Below the pieces are notes generated by a model that searched no databases, had not been told where the DNA came from, and saw only the letters and a list, made by a program, of their open reading frames with translations. A program made the translations under genes and the position numbers. Shown piece after piece: positions 6,419 through 12,942 of a DNA stretch of 53,864 nucleotides (position 1 is the stretch's first letter; each line of letters starts with the position of its first letter). Source of the stretch: a virus; the IMG/VR virus record IMGVR_UViG_3300045988_098128, positions 1 to 53,864 of that record; one strand, written 5' to 3'.

Positions 6419-6596
6419 GTTGAAGGAAACGAAATTAATGTAACTCAATCACGTTCCGCAACCAACTGTATAGAATCGCCCATTCTTTACAGTTTTTTCT
6501 TGCTATTCTTAAGTTCTATTAAAGCACCACTTATAAAGACAAGCGTGTTTATTGCTCATATCTTTAACGATTAAATCAACTTGCAGAAGATTAAAC

Positions 6597-6632
6597 AATA
6601 AAAGAGGGTAGTTTTACAACTATCCTCTTTTA
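6597..6632. terminator. bidirectional intrinsic terminator at the end of the minus-strand cargo block
   Basis: An A-run is followed by the stem agagggtag/ctatcctct, then TTTT. Confidence 0.7.
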
Positions 6633-6660
6633 AGATTTACTCGTGTTTACACAACATTTG

Positions 6661-7269
6661 TCAATGTTTCTCAACTATGCATTCATAGTATTTTGCGAGT
6701 TTATCTTCTCCCGCATCCTCATCGTCAAGGAAAGCGTGAGCCATTGCCGCATAGAAATCAACAGAGTTGAGATTAAACTCCTTGCCTATTTTGTAGTAAT
6801 CGGAGTACATCATGTTAATTGCAGCGTAAAATTCGGCAGGGTCGCAGTCATAGCCGTGCTGCCGTCTCACCTGCTCCGTCTGCTCAAAATTCCAGTGTCT
6901 CCCGGTCGAGCCATCGGCGTTTTTCATTTTCTCCGTCCACTCGTCCGCGTCCTCACGAGTAAGCTTGTCGTGCTTTTTCCCACGTTTGCCGTAGCTCTCA
7001 CGCTCACGCCCGTCATAATCGCGGCGGTCTCTCATGTCGTACTCACCGTAGTAGTCGCGCTTGCCGTAGCCGTCGTACTCGTCATAGTCAGGCTGACGGC
7101 GGCGGTCATAATCGGGGTATCTGTCCTCGCGTCTATCGTATCTGTCATAATCGCGCGGTCTATGGTCACGGTCATAGTCACGTTCTTGTCTGTCGTAGCC
7201 GCCGTATTCACTGCGCTTGTCCTTGCCGCTTGACATCATGAGCAGCCAGTTTGGATTCATCCTCTTCAT
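6661..7269 (-). CDS. hypothetical protein with about 100 aa of Arg/Asp/Tyr dipeptide repeats and a globular C-terminal domain
   Basis: A YDRQERDYDRDHRPRDYDRYDRREDRYPDYDRRRQPDYDEYDGYGKRDYYGEYDMRDRRDYDGRERE tract is followed by ...NMMYSDYYKIGKEF...AHAFLDDEDAGEDKLAKYY. ATGA overlap with the upstream gene. Confidence 0.7.
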   Translation of the reverse strand: MKRMNPNWLLMMSSGKDKRSEYGGYDRQERDYDRDHRPRDYDRYDRREDRYPDYDRRRQPDYDEYDGYGKRDYYGEYDMRDRRDYDGRERESYGKRGKKHDKLTREDADEWTEKMKNADGSTGRHWNFEQTEQVRRQHGYDCDPAEFYAAINMMYSDYYKIGKEFNLNSVDFYAAMAHAFLDDEDAGEDKLAKYYECIVEKH

Positions 7270-7676
7270 ACGGTTTCACCTCCCGTTGTGGTGGTGGTTG
7301 GTGCTGTGCCGTTGATTGAGCGCAGGTCGTTGTTAGGCGCACATGCCGGTCTGCCAAGCAGTCTAAAGCTGCCGCCCGTCGGTGTGGTGATTACAACCGC
7401 GCTATATCTCGTCCTCGTCCTTATCGAGCAAGCGGTCAGCTGAGCGCAACAACGGTTAGTCAGCGGGTATAGCGTAGTGCCATCTCCGATTGTGACGTAC
7501 ACGGGAGCGGTGATTGTCGTCGCCGTCGGAATTGCCTGAGCGACTACGACACAATATTTTTCCCCCGCGTTATACGCACCCGCCGGGAGATTGATTATCA
7601 GATTGCCGCCGGTAAAGGACACCGACTGAGACAGGATAAAGCGCGGGCAAAGTCTGCACACATTAGTACAAGCCAT
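7266..7676 (-). CDS. hypothetical Cys-containing beta-rich protein (136 aa)
   Basis: An N-terminal MACTNVCRLCP cluster, an internal RCCAQLTAC motif, a Thr/Val/Ile-rich body and a C-terminal TTTTTGG. The RBS GGAGGT lies 8 nt upstream. Confidence 0.7.
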   Translation of the reverse strand: MACTNVCRLCPRFILSQSVSFTGGNLIINLPAGAYNAGEKYCVVVAQAIPTATTITAPVYVTIGDGTTLYPLTNRCCAQLTACSIRTRTRYSAVVITTPTGGSFRLLGRPACAPNNDLRSINGTAPTTTTTGGETV

Positions 7677-7690
7677 TTTTTATACCTCCA

Positions 7691-7724
7691 AAAAATCAAA
7701 AGGGAAGCGGTACGCCGCTCCCCC
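7691..7724 (-). terminator. intrinsic-terminator-like hairpin between 7759..8613 and 7266..7676
   Basis: On the minus strand: ggggagcgg-cgta-ccgcttccc followed by ttttgatttttt. It ends about 5 nt before the RBS of the next gene. Confidence 0.6.
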
Positions 7725-7758
7725 GAAGTTGGTCACGGCTTAGAGCCGGAGTTGTGAA

Positions 7759-8613
7759 TCAATAGTTGCCGCAGCCGGAACAGCCGGAGTTGCAGCCGGA
7801 GTTGCAGCTGTAGTTGCCGTACTGCCAAGGTGTGGGGACGTTGAATGCGGGTACGGGAGCCTTATAGCCGAGCTGAGACACAAGGTACTGATTCTGTGCC
7901 TGCTGTGATGCTGCAAGCTCAAGTCCAAATATCTTCTGTGTCTGAGCCGCAATCTGTGCGTCCTTCGCCGCTATTTCCTGCGCCGTCAGTCTGTCGGATA
8001 TGCCGCGGAATCCGCTATTCATTGCGTCGATTATGTCGCGGGTGTTGTTAGCGGCGTTAGTGTTAATCGCGCAGGTGTCGGTTGCCATGCGGTAGCCAAC
8101 GTCGGCAAATCCGCGCTCCATCGCTCTGCCGTTTTCGCAACAGCACTGCTGGAGCTGTGTCGCAAGAGCCGCCTGTCCTCTCTCAACACCGTTAAATCCC
8201 TGCATCATAGCCACATTTGTGTCGTTAAATCCCTGCTGTGTCTGATAGCCGAGGTTGCAAATCGCGTTGCCGACGCCGTGGAAGCCGTTGAGCATTGACG
8301 AATTCATATCGTAAAATCCGTCGCAAAGTCCGTTTTGTACGCCGCGGACGGAATTCTCCAGTCCGTTGAATCCAAACTCGCTCTGTAGGTCTGCGCGGGT
8401 AAGTCCGCCCTGAGTGCCTGCCGCCATTACGTAGGGGAGTGCGCCCATGCCCGAGGAATCGCCGCCGTTTCCGCCGAAGCCGTTACGTCCCCAGCCGAAG
8501 ATGATGGCGAGAATGATTACCGCCCAAAGCCCCTCGTTTCCAAAGAATCCGCCGTCACGGTTGTTGCTGTCTCCCTGACCCGCAAGGAAACCTGTCAAAA
8601 GTTCGTTGCCCAT
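7759..8613 (-). CDS. hypothetical membrane-anchored Gly/Asn/Gln-rich protein with Cys-rich C-terminus
   Basis: One hydrophobic segment (LWAVIILAIIFGW), recurring NGF/QGF/NGL motifs, QQCCCENG, a coiled-coil-like AQ-rich stretch, and a C-terminal YSCNSGCNSGCSGCGNY. Confidence 0.7.
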   Translation of the reverse strand: MGNELLTGFLAGQGDSNNRDGGFFGNEGLWAVIILAIIFGWGRNGFGGNGGDSSGMGALPYVMAAGTQGGLTRADLQSEFGFNGLENSVRGVQNGLCDGFYDMNSSMLNGFHGVGNAICNLGYQTQQGFNDTNVAMMQGFNGVERGQAALATQLQQCCCENGRAMERGFADVGYRMATDTCAINTNAANNTRDIIDAMNSGFRGISDRLTAQEIAAKDAQIAAQTQKIFGLELAASQQAQNQYLVSQLGYKAPVPAFNVPTPWQYGNYSCNSGCNSGCSGCGNY

Positions 8614-8752
8614 GTTTTTTTCTCCTTTTCGGTTTATTTCATCCGCTTTCGCGTGATGTTCAAAAAATAATTTTTGGACAGTTTTTTAATCAGGTCGACT
8701 GCCAAACCGAAAAAGGGAAGTGTTATTTGTTGACATTTGCTTATATTTGTTG

Positions 8753-8980
8753 TTATTTGCTGATACCGAGTGAGCGCATTAAATCACCAAGGTCAATGCC
8801 GCGCTCTTTCGCCATATTTTGCGCCATGGTCTGGAGCTGGTGCGCGTCCTTGCCTTTGATAAGTTCGACGGCTTTTGCGTACTGCGCTCCTTGTCCCGCG
8901 AGATTGCCGAGGATATTATTCAGCGGCTGACCCGCGCCGAGAGCCTGCATTACGAGCATTGCGGGATTAATATTAGGCAT
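8753..8980 (-). CDS. hypothetical small protein (75 aa)
   Basis: ORF overlaps the upstream gene by 8 nt. Helical, Gln/Ala/Gly-rich. Confidence 0.55.
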   Translation of the reverse strand: MPNINPAMLVMQALGAGQPLNNILGNLAGQGAQYAKAVELIKGKDAHQLQTMAQNMAKERGIDLGDLMRSLGISK

Positions 8981-9395
8981 TTTCCGTTACCTCTTTCTTT
9001 CCCTTAGTGGGATTTTTCATCTTTTCGACCTCCGTTTGGAGAGCGGCAAAAGCTGCGCAAAGTTTGTCAAAATCCGCACGCGGTGTGTAGTCTGCCGTGT
9101 CCTTAGCCGGAGCTGTCGGAGGTGTATAAGCAAAATCCGCAAAATCCGACGCGCCGGTCTGCGAGTTGAATCTCTTGATATATACCATGCCGTGCGCCAT
9201 GTCGGGCATGATAACTCCCGCCGCCATAAAATCACAAGGTGTCGCGAGTGCTTCCTCACGGCTTGTGACGGGTCGGCAGATAAATCCGCTCTGCACCTGC
9301 GGTTGTGGTGCTGTCTGCTGAGGTTGCGCCTGCTGAATCTGCGGATTGTAACCGCTATAGTACGGATTTGTGTTATAACCAAAGTTGTACGCCAT
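8973..9395 (-). CDS. hypothetical protein with Tyr/Asn/Gln/Pro-rich N-terminus
   Basis: Track ORF trimmed to the ATG at 9395 (MAYNFGYNTNPYYSGYNPQIQQAQPQQ...), which follows GGAGGA. Confidence 0.6.
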   Translation of the reverse strand: MAYNFGYNTNPYYSGYNPQIQQAQPQQTAPQPQVQSGFICRPVTSREEALATPCDFMAAGVIMPDMAHGMVYIKRFNSQTGASDFADFAYTPPTAPAKDTADYTPRADFDKLCAAFAALQTEVEKMKNPTKGKKEVTENA

Positions 9396-9404
9396 ATATC
9401 CTCC

Positions 9405-9460
9405 ATACAAAAAATCTCTCTGTATCTGATACCATTGTACCATCGCAGAGAGATTTTTTC
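9405..9460 (-). terminator. terminator-like hairpin after the sigma-like gene
   Basis: A 9-10 bp stem (atctctctg/cagagagat) with a loop of about 23 nt, flanked by an A-run and a T-run. It ends about 10 nt before the RBS of 8973..9395. Confidence 0.55.
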
Positions 9461-9465
9461 TTTCG

Positions 9466-9735
9466 TTATTTTTGCGTATATTTTGCGTTTATTTTGCCTT
9501 GTTTTTGCAAGAGACGGACGAGCCGTATCAGTGCCGGTTTGTGCCACTTAGATACCGTCGAGTAGTCGCGCCCGACAGCATCACACACGTCCTCAAGACA
9601 CCCACGCTCCACATAGAGGATTTTCAAAAGTCGCTTGTATTCCGGTTTAAGATTGCACTTGTCGATAGCCGAGGATATCAGCTCCGTATCGTCTATCTCT
9701 TGCACTGCGTTTTTCTGCCGCACGTGCTCCGTCAA
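9466..9735 (-). CDS. small sigma-70 region-4-like / ArpU-RinA-like transcriptional regulator
   Basis: The pattern KRLLKILYVERGCLEDVCDAVGRDYSTVSKWHKPALIRL resembles the region-4 HTH. Only 89 aa. Confidence 0.55.
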   Translation of the reverse strand: MTEHVRQKNAVQEIDDTELISSAIDKCNLKPEYKRLLKILYVERGCLEDVCDAVGRDYSTVSKWHKPALIRLVRLLQKQGKINAKYTQK

Positions 9736-9738
9736 TCT

Positions 9739-10008
9739 TTACGCCTCCTTGTCCTCGCTTTCCGCTGATTCAATAATGCTTTTCACACCCTCCGCGTCAA
9801 TCCGCGCCGCGTCAACTTTGCTCTCACCGTAGATGTAGCCGATGATTGAGGATATCGCCGTAATCGCACCCGCAACCTTGCCCGCAATCTCTCCATAGTC
9901 GCTCTCACCAACGCCAAACGACATTGCAACGCCGATAATGATACCGATGATAGTCACCCACAGCTTTCTTGAGGTCAGCTTCTGTTTCCAGTTGATTTTG
10001 TTATCCAT
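9739..10008 (-). CDS. holin (two TM segments)
   Basis: Contains LWVTIIGIIIGVAMSFGV and VAGAITAISSIIGYIY with a charged C-terminus. It lies next to the endolysin. Confidence 0.7.
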   Translation of the reverse strand: MDNKINWKQKLTSRKLWVTIIGIIIGVAMSFGVGESDYGEIAGKVAGAITAISSIIGYIYGESKVDAARIDAEGVKSIIESAESEDKEA

Positions 10009-10011
10009 ACA

Positions 10012-10299
10012 CTATTCTCCTTTTTCATCCTCATAAGTAATTTCTTCCTCTCCATAATCGGAGTGATATTCCTGTTTGATTTTCTCGCGGTTTTCCATCG
10101 CCGACTTGATGAGATACGTCACCACGCCGCAACTCATGGGAGCACCGATGTAAGTCAACAGTCCGTCAAGGGAAGCCATGTCGGGAGCGATTATTAGCTG
10201 CACCACAAGGTAGCACATGCCGAATATCGCACCCGCAAACCACAGCTTCACAATTGCCGACAGCGTTCTCTTTGAGTATTCAACGTCCTTCTTTTTCAT
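10012..10299 (-). CDS. holin-like membrane protein
   Basis: Hydrophobic segments (VKLWFAGAIFGMCYLVVQLII, GAPMSCGVVTYLI) and an acidic C-terminal tail. Confidence 0.65.
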   Translation of the reverse strand: MKKKDVEYSKRTLSAIVKLWFAGAIFGMCYLVVQLIIAPDMASLDGLLTYIGAPMSCGVVTYLIKSAMENREKIKQEYHSDYGEEEITYEDEKGE

Positions 10300-10352
10300 G
10301 ATTTTTAGTTTTAAACAAGACTTAAATTAGTTTTAAACAGTCCGTTAATGCG

Positions 10353-11558
10353 TTAAAACGCAATAATGTTGTTGACCGCACGACTGCCGCCCGTTGACCG
10401 TCTCTTGATTCCCTCGACACGGATGTACGAGCCGCCGCCGTCAAGAGCGATAACGTCCTCAAAGCCTTCGCCTTGTATCTTCTTCCATACCTCGCCGGAC
10501 TTGATGTAGTTTGCCGAGGTGGTTTTGAGAGTGAGTACCCATATCTCGCCGCTTCTGATGCCGAGCATGTTTCTCGACGTGCCGTAGGTGGTGGAGCTGT
10601 CCCAGCCCTCCGCGTTAACATAGCTCATGTCGACAGGCTTTTTGCCGACCACAACAGGCACTCCGCTGACGGCGTACTTGATTCCCGACGGGATTTTGTC
10701 AACACGTTCGATTGTCGGCTTGCCCGAGTACGGCACGAGCAGTGTTGACACCTTTTTGCCCGCAAACTGCTTTGTCGCGTTGTCGGCGATACTGTACACA
10801 AGGTGGTTGCCGTAGACGTGTTCAAAAAGATTTCCCTTAGCCGCCGCCGGAATTTCCTTGATATCGCACGCGAGATTAGCGACGGGGAGCGTGTACACCT
10901 CGCCGTCCTCCGAGCGGTAATTTGCGAAGAAGCCGCCGTTGATGTATCTCTTCACTCCGCCCTTGCGCTTGTCCGCGTCATGATAGATTATCGCAAAGTT
11001 TTTAGCGCGGGTGTATGTGATGCCGTCCTTGTCGTAGCTGTCCTTGATGTTGGTATTGCCTTTTTTGCCGGACACATCGAGACTGATGTTTGTGTTCACG
11101 TTTTTTTCTCCTTTTGATGTGGATTTGATGTCGTACTGTCCCCACTCGTTAGGTATGCCGAGATATGGTGTCGGGTCTACGGATTCACCGTTTTTGCGGA
11201 CCTCAAAATGACAATGTGAGCCGAAGGAATATCCCGTGTTGCCCTCGATTCCTACTACGTCCCCCGCCTTGACCTTTTGTCCAACTTTGACTTTTCGCGC
11301 CGCCATGTGACACATGAATATCTTAAGTCCGTCCGGTGTGTCAATGCGAATGTAGTTGCCCCACTGCCATGTAAGATTAGACTTGTCCGTGATGATTGTC
11401 GACGAGCCGATAACTCCGTCACAAGGCGCAACAAGCGTTTTGTCCGTACCGCTGAGGTCTACGCCTTTGTGGTAGTCGCGCTGTCCGTTGAGCGTGCGCC
11501 AGCCAAAGTGTGATGTGAGCGTGACCTTGCCGCTCTTGTAAGGCAGATTCATTTTCAC
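10353..11558 (-). CDS. endolysin: N-terminal M23 peptidase plus C-terminal phosphodiester-glycosidase (NAGPA/DUF2233)-like domain
   Basis: M23 signature motifs HKGVDL and GNTGYSFGSHCHFEV. The C-terminal part has INGGFF... and ALDGGGS motifs. Confidence 0.75.
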   Translation of the reverse strand: MKMNLPYKSGKVTLTSHFGWRTLNGQRDYHKGVDLSGTDKTLVAPCDGVIGSSTIITDKSNLTWQWGNYIRIDTPDGLKIFMCHMAARKVKVGQKVKAGDVVGIEGNTGYSFGSHCHFEVRKNGESVDPTPYLGIPNEWGQYDIKSTSKGEKNVNTNISLDVSGKKGNTNIKDSYDKDGITYTRAKNFAIIYHDADKRKGGVKRYINGGFFANYRSEDGEVYTLPVANLACDIKEIPAAAKGNLFEHVYGNHLVYSIADNATKQFAGKKVSTLLVPYSGKPTIERVDKIPSGIKYAVSGVPVVVGKKPVDMSYVNAEGWDSSTTYGTSRNMLGIRSGEIWVLTLKTTSANYIKSGEVWKKIQGEGFEDVIALDGGGSYIRVEGIKRRSTGGSRAVNNIIAF

Positions 11559-11884
11559 TGCGCGTTACCTCCGTCGTGCGGCGGGTCTGTCGGTAAGTCC
11601 ATCACTTGATGATAGAGCTGTGTCGCAACGTCATTGCCGCCGAGGTTGTGGTAAGCCGCGTAGGCGCGTTTGAGAGCTTCCTTTGCATATATCGGGCAAT
11701 ATCCCCTGTCGAGATACTTGTCGTGATTGCGGATTATCTCTGCACGGAGAAGGCACTTTAAACCTTCCTCGAGCGCACTTTCACGCTTTTTTCGCAGCTT
11801 GATGTAAGTGACCGCCCATGTGATTATACCGCCGCACACAGCAGGGATGAGCCACTTCAAAATTATCATTATGACCTCTTTCAT
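11555..11884 (-). CDS. hypothetical membrane protein (one N-terminal TM)
   Basis: Contains IMIILKWLIPAVCGGIITWAVTYI. ATGA-type overlaps on both sides. Confidence 0.6.
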   Translation of the reverse strand: MKEVIMIILKWLIPAVCGGIITWAVTYIKLRKKRESALEEGLKCLLRAEIIRNHDKYLDRGYCPIYAKEALKRAYAAYHNLGGNDVATQLYHQVMDLPTDPPHDGGNAQ

Positions 11885-12402
11885 ATTTCCACAACCTCCA
11901 CATAGATTCCGACCAGCTCACTCAGTTTGTTATACACAGGATTGACGGTGTCTCGGTTGCAGAGGTACGTCACGTTGTCCTCGATGTAGTACTTGCCGCT
12001 CACGAGAGCCATGTTCCCCTCATACGGTATCGGGTCATACTTTGTACCGTCATGCACTTCGTCAATCCTTTCATATAGGCTTGCCGTGATGTCTGGTGTC
12101 CACGTCTCCTGCGAGGTGTGCGCCTGTATGACCTTGTAGAGCTTGCCGAGATACTGCACCTTGTAGCCGACAGTGTACGCCGTGTCTTTTGCCCACTCGG
12201 GATAAAACGCCGTCATTCGTACCGCCGTAGCGTCGTCGACTGACAAAGTGTTAATCTGCTCTTTGATGAGCATTGACATTACTTCGTTTTCGCTAATCGG
12301 ACGGTGCTTCGCTTCTGCTGCTTCTCTTGCCGCCATTTCGTTGTACTGTGCTTCTTCTTCCGCCGTCATGTCGCGGATTACTCCGTTGATACATATTTTC
12401 AT
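11881..12402 (-). CDS. tail-associated protein with CBM5/12-like carbohydrate-binding motif
   Basis: YTVGYKVQYLGKLYKVIQAHTSQETWTPDITASLYE matches the Y.VGD.V.Y.GK.Y....H.S...W.P pattern. Confidence 0.6.
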   Translation of the reverse strand: MKICINGVIRDMTAEEEAQYNEMAAREAAEAKHRPISENEVMSMLIKEQINTLSVDDATAVRMTAFYPEWAKDTAYTVGYKVQYLGKLYKVIQAHTSQETWTPDITASLYERIDEVHDGTKYDPIPYEGNMALVSGKYYIEDNVTYLCNRDTVNPVYNKLSELVGIYVEVVEI

Positions 12403-12418
12403 TTTTTGCCATCCTTTA

Positions 12419-12928
12419 TTATTGTCCTTCGACTTTTACTGTTGTCCCGCTAACTGGCGCGGTATCAAATGTGATTGTGATTTTAGTGGCGGGGTCGTCA
12501 GGCAAGTCTTGTGCCGTTACGCCTTGCTCTATTTTGCCTTGTATACTTCCCATATAAACTGTACTTTCGGCGGGAAGGAACATTGCAATCCGCGAGCTGC
12601 CATTGCCCATTATCACCATCACATTTTTAGGCGAATAGACGCTCGCGTTTAAATTCAGCGTCGCAAAATTGTTTGTCGTCCCTGATGCATGACTGAGTTT
12701 GACTGTGGCGGTCTTTGCACCCATTGCAGTTGTCGTACCAGCAATTGTAACGAGGATTGTTGTTTCTCCCGTCAAGTCCCACTGCACAACAGTGGTTTCT
12801 CCATCCATGGATGCCTTACCTATCGTCGTCAATCTCCCGCCCCCGCTCGGCAAATCCGTCGCGTCAACCTCCAACGCCTTGCCGTTTAACGTGACGAGCT
12901 GCCCGTTGTGTGTTACTACTTTTGGCAT
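12419..12928 (-). CDS. tail fibre-associated protein
   Basis: Shares the DLPSGGG hinge motif with the fibre gene upstream. Beta-rich composition. Confidence 0.55.
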   Translation of the reverse strand: MPKVVTHNGQLVTLNGKALEVDATDLPSGGGRLTTIGKASMDGETTVVQWDLTGETTILVTIAGTTTAMGAKTATVKLSHASGTTNNFATLNLNASVYSPKNVMVIMGNGSSRIAMFLPAESTVYMGSIQGKIEQGVTAQDLPDDPATKITITFDTAPVSGTTVKVEGQ

Positions 12929-12942
12929 TTATTTTCCTCCTT

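Noticed and set aside
6643-7233. A 196-aa plus-strand ORF, very hydrophobic and Val/Ala/Ile-rich.
   Set aside because: It is the antisense shadow of the Arg/Asp/Tyr repeat gene 6661..7269. Repetitive GAC/CGN/TAC codons read as GTC/NCG/GTA on the other strand.
9017-9551. ORFs of 176 aa (minus strand) and 171 aa (plus strand) overlapping 8973..9395 and 9466..9735.
   Set aside because: They are Arg/Cys-rich alternative frames without RBSs. The chosen frames have good RBSs and operon packing.
10322-10621. A 99-aa minus-strand ORF at the 3' end of the endolysin region, and the plus-strand ORFs 10473..11117.
   Set aside because: They are alternative frames of the endolysin gene 10353..11558, which has clear M23 motifs.
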